Position numbers and translations under genes: made by a program. A stretch of DNA of 64,000 bases from Amoebophilaceae bacterium (lineage in GTDB: Bacteria > Bacteroidota > Bacteroidia > Cytophagales > Amoebophilaceae): NCBI GenBank assembly GCA_019744995.1, contig JAIETQ010000022.1:3543-67542 (forward strand). Reading direction: 5' to 3'. The notes under the pieces were generated by a model. That model saw only the letters and a list, made by a program, of their open reading frames with translations. It made no database searches and was not told the origin of the DNA. Below, piece by piece: positions 50,994-61,316 of the stretch; within the stretch, counting starts at the first letter, position 1, and every line of letters begins with the position of its first letter.

Positions 50994-51361
50994 GTGGAAC
51001 CATGCGATTGGGTAGTTATCCATGTACCCTAAAGAAGGATAGCATGGCTTACGCTATTTATCAGCAGACAGAAATTTTCAAAAGGTATAGACATAGGTAT
51101 GGATTTAATGCTTTATTTAGGCAATCATTTGAAGCAGCTGGTATGGTATTTAGTGGTTATACGCTAGATGATGATCGAATTGAGATAGTTGAGTTACAGG
51201 ATCACCCTTACTTTATCGGTGTTCAATTTCATCCAGAACTAAAATCAAGGGTATTTGATCCGCATAAGTTGTTTCTTGCCTTGATCAAGGTTGTTTTAGC
51301 TAGATCTAATAGCAAGTTTTTAGTCGAAAAAAATTATCTTTATGGAACAAAAAGTAACTAA
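50969..51361 (+). pseudogene. pyrG: CTP synthase, C-terminal (glutamine amidotransferase) remnant of about 130 codons
   Basis: LGGTMRLGSYPC......A...Y.......RHRHRY.FN........AG..FSG.......EI.EL..HP.F.GVQFHPE.KSR is the extreme C-terminus of PyrG. The N-terminal roughly 400 codons are absent. Confidence 0.75.
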
Positions 51362-51393
51362 ACTGGTTCGGAAAGATTTAACTGACGTAATGA

Positions 51394-52521
51394 ATGAAAA
51401 AAAGAAAGTTTTTAAACATAGATGCCTGGAATTTGAACGAACTTGTAATGATTTTAAACAGGAATGCAAAAAGTAAACAGGAAGAACCCCAAAAAACATA
51501 TCCTATTATCAATACTGCCCTATCGTTGGCAAAAAAGTTTGAAGTACAATCGGTTACTTATAATTTGATACGTTCTACCCAGGCATCACTAGAAGTAGCT
51601 ATGATTGCCGCTTCAGAAATGTGTTTAGGTATTTCTACGGTTATTGCAGCTATTTTATACCCTATTTTTTTAGCGGATCTTATGAGCAAAATAGAAATCG
51701 AACAACTTTTTGATGTAAGCGTAGTAGCCATATTGGAAGAACTTGCTATGCTAAAGGATTATAAGATTCAAAATGATACCATTCAGAACTATCCCCATCA
51801 TCCAGATATCACATCTCCCCATGTTTTAGCCATTTTATTACAAGTTGCTGATTTTATACGGATATATTGTAGCGGATTGGTTTTAGAACCAGAAGAAGAA
51901 GAAGCGAAAAGTAGGGTATCCAGTTCCCAAATTTTACTACATCTTAAATGTTTTTATATACCCATATCCCATAGACTTTGCTTGTATGATGTACAAACCA
52001 AGTTATCGGATTTTTGGTTAAAGCATGTGGATACCTTAAGCTACTACTATATAACTGCAAAAATTGGTGCAACAAAAATAGAAAGAAAAAGAAAGTTAGA
52101 TCGGATTGTTGAAGAGATTGGGGAAATTATGAAAGTGCATGGCATAAATTTTTTCATTAAAAATCGCATCAAATGCGTCTATTCTATTTGGAATAAAATT
52201 CAAAAACTGAATGTAAACTTCGACAAAATATATGACCTTTCTGCCATTAGAATCATTATAACTGGTACCAAGGATAAAACTATAGAGGAAGAAAAGACAG
52301 CTTGTTGGAAAGTCTTTTCTATTCTAAGTAAACGCTATGAACCTATTTATGCGATTATGAGAGATTGGATTAGTGTCCCTAAACCCAGTGGCTATGAATC
52401 ACTACATATTACCCTGTTAACTAAAGATAACCAACCTTTTGAAGTTCAAATTCGTACCGAACGCATGGATCATATAGCAGAATTTGGCAATGCGGCACAT
52501 TGGAAGTACAAGTCAAACTAA
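51394..52521 (+). CDS. RelA/SpoT-homolog (p)ppGpp synthetase, truncated, with a degenerate hydrolase domain
   Basis: Synthetase motifs are intact (R.K..YSIW.K, D..AIRII, GYESLH, FEVQIRT..M...AE.G.AAHW.YK). The HD-domain His/Asp positions are replaced (..STQASLEVA..., ..ILYP..). The ORF stops right after the synthetase domain with no TGS/ACT regions. Confidence 0.7.
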   Translation: MKKRKFLNIDAWNLNELVMILNRNAKSKQEEPQKTYPIINTALSLAKKFEVQSVTYNLIRSTQASLEVAMIAASEMCLGISTVIAAILYPIFLADLMSKIEIEQLFDVSVVAILEELAMLKDYKIQNDTIQNYPHHPDITSPHVLAILLQVADFIRIYCSGLVLEPEEEEAKSRVSSSQILLHLKCFYIPISHRLCLYDVQTKLSDFWLKHVDTLSYYYITAKIGATKIERKRKLDRIVEEIGEIMKVHGINFFIKNRIKCVYSIWNKIQKLNVNFDKIYDLSAIRIIITGTKDKTIEEEKTACWKVFSILSKRYEPIYAIMRDWISVPKPSGYESLHITLLTKDNQPFEVQIRTERMDHIAEFGNAAHWKYKSN

Positions 52522-52526
52522 GCCGA

Positions 52527-54125
52527 TTATCCCTCTTCTTTCGTGGCTTCTTCGAGTAGTTTTTCGATATCTGCTTTAGTTACCACCTGCTCTTCTAAAT
52601 CGTTAGGTTCTTTTATATGTGCGACATTTTTAATTTTTCCTATACGGAGTTCCAGGTAGTGAGCCATTTGCAAGATAAGTCCAATGGTGCTATGTTTACA
52701 CTGTCTTTCTACTTTTGCTTCAGCACTATCCAAATAAAGTCTTAATAGGATGATAAATCCATCTTTTTTCATGTCATCAAAATGTAATTCTGTTTTTTCT
52801 TGTATTACACAGGATTGACGTTTAGTAATGGCTCTTAAACCTCTTACAAATTTTGATAACACATCTAAGGAGGTGGTATAGTTCAAGGGTATTTCCAGTT
52901 GTATCATTCTTAGATTTCTTTTTCCAAAATTATCAATAGCAGTATCTACTAGTTTTGCATTAGGTATGTAAACCAAAGATCCCTCCTTGGTACGAAGTAA
53001 AGTAGCACGTAATCCAATATCTTCAACCCGACCACGAATGGTTCCAGAGGCAATATCGTCTCCTATCTCAAAAGGTCTATTCATCACAATCATTAAGGAT
53101 CCAAATAGGTTTTTAATCGTATCTTGCGCGGCTAAACCTAGACCAAGTGTACTAAAAGAAAGGATTTTTACCAATGAATCTGTGCCAATCCCAAAATTAT
53201 CAGCCGTTTTTATTAACCCATATACAATAACAATAATTTTGGCTAACATGCTATAAATAGGTAAAACATGCATGGTAAATTTACTATGTAGGTTAGACGA
53301 TTTTATTTTGTATTGTACAATACCTATACACTCGTAATTAAAGTACATAAGCAAAAACGAAATTAAAGATTCTAGTATCCGATTTATAAAAACCTCCCAT
53401 CCAGAGAGTTGTAACATAGGAAATACTAATTTTATAAGCAGGGCGTCTACTAAAGTAAGTAATAGACGTTCTATATTGAATTGTTTTCTCTGTGAAGCAT
53501 TTATAAACCGGTATAATACATACTTGAAAAAATAAGGCATGATTTTATTGATCACCCAAATAATAATGAATAGACTGAAAAATACAATATATTGCCAAAT
53601 AAAAACGTCTAAAATTTTTTGTTTACAAAATTCTTTAGGTAAAAAATTATACAAGAGTTCATCTAGCTTAAAAGAATCTTGATATTCACTGATAAAAATA
53701 ACCGTATCTTCACTATATTTCCATGCATCTCCTTGCTTTACTAAATAAACAAGGGGTAGTCTTTTAGATAAAATATATCGATACTCGTTAACTACCGGAT
53801 CTATGTAGTTAGGATTCGTATCTATAGTGTTAATATTAATGCTATATATTGTTAATAGTTTTTTTAACTTAACAGCTATTTCTCGACTTTCTCCGGGGTA
53901 ATTTTCTTTATACATGAATAAATCTTTTGTGTTTCTTAAAGATTTATTACCAGGACTTAAGAGCATAAAGTGGGTTTGTACGGTGGCCGAAGGAGAACTG
54001 AGATCTAATTTAGAGTCACTGGATCTTCGCATATTATCTGCCTGTAAGCTAGTAGGCCAGAGGATAAGCAGATGGGCGATTAGGGTTAAGTAAACGTTTC
54101 TTTTCATATTTCGTATCTTGAGCAA
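52527..54125 (-). CDS. mechanosensitive ion channel (MscS family)
   Basis: 532 aa with an N-terminal signal and several TM helices. The MscS core is GLAAQDTIKNLFGSLMIVMNRPFEIGD.I......G.VEDIGLR.T.LRT..GSLVYIPN. Confidence 0.8.
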   Translation of the reverse strand: MLKIRNMKRNVYLTLIAHLLILWPTSLQADNMRRSSDSKLDLSSPSATVQTHFMLLSPGNKSLRNTKDLFMYKENYPGESREIAVKLKKLLTIYSININTIDTNPNYIDPVVNEYRYILSKRLPLVYLVKQGDAWKYSEDTVIFISEYQDSFKLDELLYNFLPKEFCKQKILDVFIWQYIVFFSLFIIIWVINKIMPYFFKYVLYRFINASQRKQFNIERLLLTLVDALLIKLVFPMLQLSGWEVFINRILESLISFLLMYFNYECIGIVQYKIKSSNLHSKFTMHVLPIYSMLAKIIVIVYGLIKTADNFGIGTDSLVKILSFSTLGLGLAAQDTIKNLFGSLMIVMNRPFEIGDDIASGTIRGRVEDIGLRATLLRTKEGSLVYIPNAKLVDTAIDNFGKRNLRMIQLEIPLNYTTSLDVLSKFVRGLRAITKRQSCVIQEKTELHFDDMKKDGFIILLRLYLDSAEAKVERQCKHSTIGLILQMAHYLELRIGKIKNVAHIKEPNDLEEQVVTKADIEKLLEEATKEEG

Positions 54126-54249
54126 TCATATAATTTTACTAAATTAGTAAAATAAACTATATTTTTTACTTCTTCTCTTAATTTAATCAACCCTAATGGT
54201 TTATGTTACATTATTTTACTTTAAGCTACTCCGAAAGTTGTAATCTTAT

Positions 54250-57099
54250 ATGCATAGCAAACAAATAGATAGGACTGAGCTGGCTACTAAAGACCATTAT
54301 GGTTTAGATTATGTAGAAGTGTTAGGTGCAAGAACCCATAATTTAAAAAATATTAATGTTGCTTTTCCTCGCAACAAATTAGTGGTTATTACAGGGGTGA
54401 GTGGTAGTGGAAAGTCTTCTTTAGCTTTTGATACCATCAATGCGGAGGGTCAAAGACGGTATAGAGAAAGTTTTAGTGGCTATGCGCGTAGTTTTTTAGG
54501 AAATTTAACTAAACCAGAAGTAGATAAAATTAATGGGTTAAGTCCTGTTATTTCCATCAAGCAAAAAACCACCAGTTATAATGCGCGTTCTACGGTAGGT
54601 ACCATGACCGAAATCTATGATTTTATGCGTTTGTTGTTTGCTAGGATAGCCTATAGCATGGCTGATACGGGGGATAATAGGGTAAAAAAAAGCGAAGAAG
54701 ATATTTTGTCCCATCTGGTACAACAATTTTTGGGTAGAACAATCACCTTTATGGCTCCTCTAATTAAAGGTAAAAAAGGTCACCACCAAGCATTAATTCA
54801 AAAGTTTATAAATTTAGGGTTCCATAAAATCAGGCTTAATGGGGTGATCACTCCATTAGATGCATCGCTTAATCCAGCACGCCATAAAAAACATGATATC
54901 TATTTGATTATAGACCACATCAGTATAGCGCTAGCGGATCAAGATCGTGTAGATCAAGCCATTCAATTGGCTATGAAATATGGGCAGGGCACCCTAGTGG
55001 TCATGGATGACCAACAGAAAGAGTATGCTTTTTCTAAGGTCTTTATCGATGGCAAGCAGAGAGTGGCTTATGACGAACCAGAACCTAGACTGTTTTCTTT
55101 TAATACCCCCTATGGTGCATGTCCTACTTGCCGTGGAGTAGGAGAGGTTACCCAGGTCGATGTAGAGGCTATGATTCCAGATCAAACCATAAGTATTAAA
55201 AAAGGGGCTATTTTGCCATTGGGTTCCTATAAAAAAACATTGCTATTTACAAAAATAGAAGCCCTCCTTACTTGCTGTGGCTATTCCATTACAGATCCGA
55301 TGGGTGAGTTACCCTTACCTATATTGAATTTATTACTATTTGGGAATATAGTAGCCCATTCTGTTGACATTTTTCCTGACTTCCCAGAACCCTTTGAAGG
55401 GATTATTCAGGCGCTTATCAAACAGCAAGAAAGAAAAAAAGGAGAACAAGAGGATTTTCAGTATACCGCCACATGTCCAGATTGTAGCGGGACAAGGCTC
55501 AATAAGGTTGCCAGGTCTTTTAAAATCCATGACAAAAGCATCGCTGAGCTGAGTCATATGAATCTGCGTGAAATGCAGCAATGGCTTATCGAGGTGGCTC
55601 CTTTTTTAACCAAGAAGCAGCAAGCCATTGCCCATGATCTATTTAAGGAGATCCATAAAAGGCTTAATTTTCTTATAGAAGTTGGTTTACACTACTTATC
55701 TCTTGACAGGGGGGTACATACCCTTTCTGGAGGAGAAGCACAACGTATACGGTTGGCTACACAAATAGGCAATCAACTATTAGGGGTGTTATATATTTTA
55801 GACGAGCCCAGTATTGGTTTGCATCAACGAGATAATGCACGTCTTATTGCTGCTTTACAACGTCTTAGAGATATAGGTAATACTGTTTTAGTAGTAGAAC
55901 ATGATAAAGAAATCATGTTAAGTGCTGATTATCTTATTGAAATAGGTCCTGGGGCAGGTCTTTATGGAGGAGAAGTGGTAGCGGCAGGCAATTTAATAGA
56001 ATTTTTGCAACAACCTAGTGCTACGGCTGACTTTTTAACCTATAAGAAAAGATTTTTGACCCCCAGCCTACCTATAAAAGATTCGTATAACTATTTGACC
56101 CTTACGGGCTGTAGGGGACATAATTTAAAAAACATAACCTTAACCATTCCATTAGGCCGCATGGTCTGTATAACTGGTGTTTCTGGCAGTGGAAAATCTT
56201 CTCTTATTCATAAGACCCTGCTGCCAATTCTAAAAAAACAGCTCTATCGCAGTGCTGCTGTCCCGCTAGCTTATGATCAAGCCAGTGGATTAAGTCACAT
56301 CCATAAAGTAGTAGAAGTCAGTCAGGCGCCCATAGGCACTACGCCTCGTTCTAATCCGAGTACCTATACCGGTATGTTTACCGATATTCGAAACTTTTTT
56401 GCCCTCTTGCCAGAGGCTAAAATTCGAGGCTATAAGCCTGCAAGGTTTTCTTTTAACCTTAAAGGAGGCCGATGTAATGCGTGTGAAGGAGCCGGTGTAC
56501 AACGTATAGAGATGGGTTTTTTGCCAGAAGTATATGTAACCTGTGACAGTTGTAAAGGTAAACGTTATAGTCGTGAAACGCTGGAGGTAAAATATAAAGG
56601 GAAGTCTATTGCAGATGTATTAGATATGACCGTATCTCATGCCATTACTTTTTTTAAAGACCACCCTACTATAATTGAAAAACTTTGTACCCTAGCGCAA
56701 GTAGGGCTTGATTACCTGACCTTAGGTCAGCACGCTACCACCTTATCTGGAGGAGAAGCACAACGGGTTAAGTTGGCTGCAGAGCTCTCCAAAAAAAGCA
56801 CAGGGCATACCTTATATGTGCTAGATGAACCCAGTACAGGTCTCCATTTTCAAGATATTTTATACCTTGAAAAGGTATTAAAAAATTTGATAGATCAAGG
56901 AAATTCCGTACTCATTGTAGAACACAATATGGATATTATAAAAATGGCAGATTATATCATCGACCTCGGGCCAGAAGGAGGGGCAGCAGGGGGAGATATT
57001 GTAGCGCAAGGTAGCCCAGCAGAAGTGGCATCGGTATCAGCAAGCTATACCGGATTTTTTTTACAAAAAGAGTTAAATCGTGAGGGGGTTGTTGTATAG
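54250..57099 (+). CDS. uvrA: excinuclease ABC subunit A
   Basis: 949 aa. Two ABC ATPase modules (GVSGSGKSSL twice, LSGGEAQR twice) and zinc-finger Cys clusters. Confidence 0.95.
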   Translation: MHSKQIDRTELATKDHYGLDYVEVLGARTHNLKNINVAFPRNKLVVITGVSGSGKSSLAFDTINAEGQRRYRESFSGYARSFLGNLTKPEVDKINGLSPVISIKQKTTSYNARSTVGTMTEIYDFMRLLFARIAYSMADTGDNRVKKSEEDILSHLVQQFLGRTITFMAPLIKGKKGHHQALIQKFINLGFHKIRLNGVITPLDASLNPARHKKHDIYLIIDHISIALADQDRVDQAIQLAMKYGQGTLVVMDDQQKEYAFSKVFIDGKQRVAYDEPEPRLFSFNTPYGACPTCRGVGEVTQVDVEAMIPDQTISIKKGAILPLGSYKKTLLFTKIEALLTCCGYSITDPMGELPLPILNLLLFGNIVAHSVDIFPDFPEPFEGIIQALIKQQERKKGEQEDFQYTATCPDCSGTRLNKVARSFKIHDKSIAELSHMNLREMQQWLIEVAPFLTKKQQAIAHDLFKEIHKRLNFLIEVGLHYLSLDRGVHTLSGGEAQRIRLATQIGNQLLGVLYILDEPSIGLHQRDNARLIAALQRLRDIGNTVLVVEHDKEIMLSADYLIEIGPGAGLYGGEVVAAGNLIEFLQQPSATADFLTYKKRFLTPSLPIKDSYNYLTLTGCRGHNLKNITLTIPLGRMVCITGVSGSGKSSLIHKTLLPILKKQLYRSAAVPLAYDQASGLSHIHKVVEVSQAPIGTTPRSNPSTYTGMFTDIRNFFALLPEAKIRGYKPARFSFNLKGGRCNACEGAGVQRIEMGFLPEVYVTCDSCKGKRYSRETLEVKYKGKSIADVLDMTVSHAITFFKDHPTIIEKLCTLAQVGLDYLTLGQHATTLSGGEAQRVKLAAELSKKSTGHTLYVLDEPSTGLHFQDILYLEKVLKNLIDQGNSVLIVEHNMDIIKMADYIIDLGPEGGAAGGDIVAQGSPAEVASVSASYTGFFLQKELNREGVVV

Positions 57100-57145
57100 T
57101 CGTTTGTTTAAGATACATAGAGGTATATATATTAGAGGTATATAT

Positions 57146-57640
57146 ATGCTCATACTAGTTGGTCTCATAGGATGTAAAGATTTTAAAAATTGGCAAAGTG
57201 TGTATGGTTCTAAGATCAATGTAACATTTAAACCAGTAATGGATGGGTTAGTTCCAGCTGTGGTTAAGGATTTAAGGAGTGTAAAGCTTAACCAGATGAT
57301 ATTTTATAAACGTATAGGGGGAGGTTCCTGGGAGAATATTTCCTCTTTAAACCCAGCCAAAAGTATAGAAATACCGCTTAAGCCGGGTGAAAATGAAGTA
57401 TCTGTTGAAATACAAGGTCAATCAGGCTATTATCATAAGGTTACTATTCACTACAAAAGTACGCTTTCCCTGATTTCCCCGGAAGCAGGGGGGCTTCAAC
57501 AAAAATATATACTTACCCATGTTGTACTCAGTACCCAACCGGATAAGCAACCTATTTTTAAAAGTCATGAAATTGAAAGCGCTATTCCTCTTAAAACAAA
57601 AGAAGCTGAAAAAACAACACATGTTACGATCTATTATTAA
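57146..57640 (+). CDS. hypothetical lipoprotein
   Basis: ATG 57146 gives MLILVGLIGC|KD, a lipobox. The ORF-track start at 57080 overlaps the uvrA end and is probably spurious. Confidence 0.5.
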   Translation: MLILVGLIGCKDFKNWQSVYGSKINVTFKPVMDGLVPAVVKDLRSVKLNQMIFYKRIGGGSWENISSLNPAKSIEIPLKPGENEVSVEIQGQSGYYHKVTIHYKSTLSLISPEAGGLQQKYILTHVVLSTQPDKQPIFKSHEIESAIPLKTKEAEKTTHVTIYY

Positions 57641-58352
57641 CTCCCTGCTTTTTATGCTGCTTTTGCCACTTGCTGTAAAAAGCACGGTCACCCCTACGGA
57701 ACCTCTTGCTAAAGCAGATGATACTAAAGGAAAGTTACATGCCCTTTGGCCGACTGTTTTGTACCTTGGTGTAGATCTAGCCAAGACCGGTTATGGTTGG
57801 TACCAAAAAATAGGTAGCAGCTATGAATTACATGCCTCTATTCCTGTTAGTGATATATTGTTCTATGGAGATTATGGATGGGGGCAAATTACACGAGATA
57901 AGCGTCAACAACAAGGTTCTTGTTCAGATACTATAGGTAGTTATTTTAAGTTAGGGATAGCTTGTAACTTTTTATCACTCACTAAGCAGCACAATCAATT
58001 CTTTATAGGGCTTGATTATGCTAAGAGTTTTTTTAATTTTCAATTAAATAGCACTAAATTTGAATGCGACCATGAGGCAAGTAAGCCTTGTGAAAAATCA
58101 TGTGAAGCGCCTGAATCTTTGCAGTCACCCGGAGGTGAAGGTATAGCTTCTTGGTGGGAGTTGGTAGTAGGAGGGAAGGTATACCTGATCCCTATGGTGG
58201 CTATGGGTTGTACGGCTCGTTACAAATTTGCAAAAAAAATGACAGATAGTAAGGTGTTGCCATTTGATATTCCCGGTTGGGGGTTAGGAGAAGATACCCA
58301 TGCATTTGGCTATAGTCTATATCTATTGGTGCAAATTCCTTTGGTAAAATGA
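57621..58352 (+). CDS. hypothetical secreted / outer-membrane protein
   Basis: ATG 57621 gives the signal peptide MLRSIINSLLFMLLLPLAVKS. The aromatic-rich alternating pattern is compatible with a beta-barrel. No family recognised. Confidence 0.45.
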   Translation: MLRSIINSLLFMLLLPLAVKSTVTPTEPLAKADDTKGKLHALWPTVLYLGVDLAKTGYGWYQKIGSSYELHASIPVSDILFYGDYGWGQITRDKRQQQGSCSDTIGSYFKLGIACNFLSLTKQHNQFFIGLDYAKSFFNFQLNSTKFECDHEASKPCEKSCEAPESLQSPGGEGIASWWELVVGGKVYLIPMVAMGCTARYKFAKKMTDSKVLPFDIPGWGLGEDTHAFGYSLYLLVQIPLVK

Positions 58353-58492
58353 GGCCACTGCAAAATAACCCAAAGCATCCAAATAGCGACGTTACGTCGG
58401 TGCTCAAATCCTCATATACATGCGTATGCTCCGGTTTTCCGCTCCGAGGCGCCTTGCTCTTTGGCGCTTATTGGCTATTTTGTAACGGCCTC
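58351..58492. repeat. GC-rich palindromic intergenic element, copy B (inverted relative to copy A)
   Basis: Arms are gaggccactgcaaaata and tattttgtaacggcctc. The reverse complement aligns with copy A through ..ccaataa.c.cc..a..gcaaggcgcc..gg...gagcatac... and the right half. Confidence 0.55.
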
Positions 58493-58531
58493 AAAGGGTA
58501 AATTTTTTAAATTAAATAGTAGTTAATTAAT

Positions 58532-59173
58532 ATGAAACGTGGATTAAAATATCTTTTAGTAGTTCTTTGTATCATTCTTGCCGATCAAGGATCTAAGTTG
58601 TGGATTTATCATCATATGGAATTAGATTCGCCTAAACCCATTCATCTTATAGGTAACCTGCTTAAGTTGACCTATGTGTTAAATTATGGGATGGCTTTTA
58701 GCATCCAGTTGGGGTTTAAGTATGGAAAGTTGGTGATAACCCTGGTGCGTATGATTGTTTCTGTATATATTGCTTTTTACATTGTCAAATTATGGAGGAA
58801 GCGGGTTGCTAAACCTTGGATTTGGGGATGGGTGTTGGTTTTAGGTGGTGCCATTGGCAATAGTATAGATAGTATTTTTTATGGCGTATATTTAAAAAAT
58901 GCACCCTACGTTGCCCCTATGAAATGGTTGCATGGACAAGTCATTGATATGATTCATGTTGACCTTTGGTCAGGGCGTATGCCAGATTGGTTACCTATTT
59001 GGGGAGGGTATGACGTATGTGTGTTGCCTATTTTTAATATAGCAGATGTGGCTATTTTTATAGGGATAATTATTATTCTATGTTTTTATAATGAAGTGGC
59101 TGATGGAGCCGAAAAAATCAACAATTCAGCATCGTTGTCAAATGATCAAATAATCCGTACCTTTGTATCATGA
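58532..59173 (+). CDS. lspA: lipoprotein signal peptidase II
   Basis: Motifs DQ.SK, N.G.AFS, GGA.GN..D and FN.AD. Confidence 0.85.
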   Translation: MKRGLKYLLVVLCIILADQGSKLWIYHHMELDSPKPIHLIGNLLKLTYVLNYGMAFSIQLGFKYGKLVITLVRMIVSVYIAFYIVKLWRKRVAKPWIWGWVLVLGGAIGNSIDSIFYGVYLKNAPYVAPMKWLHGQVIDMIHVDLWSGRMPDWLPIWGGYDVCVLPIFNIADVAIFIGIIIILCFYNEVADGAEKINNSASLSNDQIIRTFVS

Positions 59174-59235
59174 ATTATCTAAAGGGTTCGAGAAGGTTCT
59201 CGATATTATATACAATTAAAACGAATTTACAATAA

Positions 59236-59871
59236 ATGAGTAACGTTTTTTATATTAAAAAAGCAACTGAGCGGCTAATTAAGCCGCTAACTGAACCTGT
59301 TTTATGTATAGGTTTTTTTCTATTTACTGGTTGCAGTGGTAGTAGTAGCAATAAGTTAGGAATGGGTATGGACAGTCTAAGAAGTGCATATTCAACTTCT
59401 TCTGAGTTGCTTCAACAAGGAGTTGAATCTTTGTCGGGTGTTAAAGAGGCTGTGGTAGAAGCTGTAGAAGCTGTAGAAGAAGAAAAGTCTACCTATATGG
59501 GTCAAGCTGCGGGTTGGTTAGGTGGGAATATTGGTTTTTATACGGGTAAATGGTTGGGTGTACCAATAACTGCGGCAACCGCTTTGGGAGTTGCTTGGTA
59601 TCTTCCTCTTCCTATTTTAGTAAATGGTGCCATCGGCATAGGTATTGTGCATGGTATAGGGAAATCTTATGCCGAATTGACTACGTCTGCAGAAACTTGT
59701 GGTAAGCATGTTGGTGAATATGCTGGACTTGCTTTGGTAGCGGGTGCAAAAGCCATACCTAGAACCATATATAACTATGGTATAAATCAATATAATCATG
59801 CTGCTAAAGCTGCTGCTACTGCTGACTGGGTAGCCTATATAGAAAAGAACAAGCATTTGCTTTATATATAG
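59236..59871 (+). CDS. hypothetical lipoprotein with Gly-zipper hydrophobic segments
   Basis: Lipobox FFLFTGC|SG and a Glu/Val-rich coil, followed by glycine-rich membrane-like segments. No family recognised. Confidence 0.45.
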   Translation: MSNVFYIKKATERLIKPLTEPVLCIGFFLFTGCSGSSSNKLGMGMDSLRSAYSTSSELLQQGVESLSGVKEAVVEAVEAVEEEKSTYMGQAAGWLGGNIGFYTGKWLGVPITAATALGVAWYLPLPILVNGAIGIGIVHGIGKSYAELTTSAETCGKHVGEYAGLALVAGAKAIPRTIYNYGINQYNHAAKAAATADWVAYIEKNKHLLYI

Positions 59872-59904
59872 GAAGCAACCTAATTTTCTAAAAATCCACT
59901 TTAA

Positions 59905-61011
59905 ATGAGTAAAAAAGGGCGTGTATTGGTCGCTATGAGTGGAGGTATTGATAGTTCTATAGCAGCTGTTATGCTTCATGAGCAAGGTTATGAGGTTGTA
60001 GGCATCACCATGAAAACCTGGAGTTATGCCAATAGTGGGGGTAAAAAAAAAGAAACCGGCTGTTGTAGTTTAGACTCTATTAATGATGCCCGAAATGTAG
60101 CCGTTGAACTAGGTTTCCCACATATTGTTGTAGACATTAGAGAGGAGTTTGGTCGACATGTTATTGATCACTTTAAAACCGAATATTTAGCCGGTAGAAC
60201 CCCAAATCCTTGTGTATTGTGCAACACCCATATTAAGTGGGATGCCCTCCTGGAACGTGCCAATAAATTGAATTGTGACTATTTAGCTACAGGCCATTAT
60301 GCCCATGTTAGACATGAAGCAGGGCGTTATGTTATTTCTAAAGGAGTAGATCTAAAAAAAGATCAATCTTATGCCTTGTGGGGCGTTTCTCAAGAGAGTT
60401 TGAGTAGAACCCTATTGCCATTAGGCGGGCTTACCAAGTCTGCTATTCGTGAGTTTGCTACAGCACGAGGTTTTACAGATTTAGTGCATAAATCGGAATC
60501 TTATGAAATCTGTTTCATTCCCGATAACGACTACCGAGGTTTTCTAAAAAGGCAAGTTCCCGGATTGGAGGAACGTGTGCAAGGCGGAGATTTTGTTTTA
60601 GAAGATGGTACAGTAGTGGGTAACCATCAAGGGTATCCTTTTTACACCATTGGACAACGCAAAGGCTTACAGATTGCCTTAGGTTATCCTGTCTATGTCA
60701 TTGAAATTGACCAACTAAACAATCGAGTAGTATTAGGGACCTTTGATGCGTTGCGTAGAGATGGTATGTATGTGCACAAGCTCAATTTATCTAAATATGA
60801 AAACTTAGCGGGAAGAAAAATAGATGCCCTTACTAAGGTCAGGTACAATGACCAAGGCACTCCTGCGGTTATTGAACAAATAGAGGATCAGATGCTGGTC
60901 TTTTTTGGTTCAGGTGTACATGCGGTTACCCCTGGACAAGCCGCTGTTTTTTATGAGGGCTCAGATGTGATAGGAGGAGGGTGGATTCTTTCTGCTTTTA
61001 AAAATAAATAG
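59905..61011 (+). CDS. mnmA: tRNA-specific 2-thiouridylase
   Basis: PP-loop motif VAMSGGIDSS. Catalytic Cys motifs (NPCV.CN, ATGHYA). Confidence 0.9.
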   Translation: MSKKGRVLVAMSGGIDSSIAAVMLHEQGYEVVGITMKTWSYANSGGKKKETGCCSLDSINDARNVAVELGFPHIVVDIREEFGRHVIDHFKTEYLAGRTPNPCVLCNTHIKWDALLERANKLNCDYLATGHYAHVRHEAGRYVISKGVDLKKDQSYALWGVSQESLSRTLLPLGGLTKSAIREFATARGFTDLVHKSESYEICFIPDNDYRGFLKRQVPGLEERVQGGDFVLEDGTVVGNHQGYPFYTIGQRKGLQIALGYPVYVIEIDQLNNRVVLGTFDALRRDGMYVHKLNLSKYENLAGRKIDALTKVRYNDQGTPAVIEQIEDQMLVFFGSGVHAVTPGQAAVFYEGSDVIGGGWILSAFKNK

Positions 61012-61136
61012 ATATTAAGCAGTTTACTGCTTAATATGCTTGCAAAAATCATTTTTTATACTGACATTTAATAAAAAAAGTGTATAAATACTTGGGCTTA
61101 TACAGTATCCATTCATGATTTAAACCTTTATCTCGT

Positions 61137-61316
61137 ATGAATTACGCTCTATCGCTCTTATTTTTTAGTCTGGGGTGTACGTCCGCCTCATTGAATGTTG
61201 AGGAGGATGTACTGGCTGATAAGGAACAAGTCCAACCCCTGTCTTCTTTGGATCGATTGGAAAAAGTGCTGTTTAAGCGAACCTACCGTTGGGGCATGAA
61301 ACGATATGCTACATGA
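61137..61316 (+). CDS. short lipoprotein-signal ORF, possibly the detached N-terminus of the downstream ankyrin gene
   Basis: 59 codons, MNYALSLLFFSLGC|TS... It ends at TGA 61314-61316 and overlaps the ANK ORF start (61306), which is in the +1 frame. Confidence 0.35.
   Translation: MNYALSLLFFSLGCTSASLNVEEDVLADKEQVQPLSSLDRLEKVLFKRTYRWGMKRYAT

Noticed and set aside
61013-61036. Hairpin tattaagcag-ttta-ctgcttaata after mnmA as a terminator
   Set aside because: The stem is A/T-rich and is not followed directly by a U-tract. It is plausible but not supportable as a feature.
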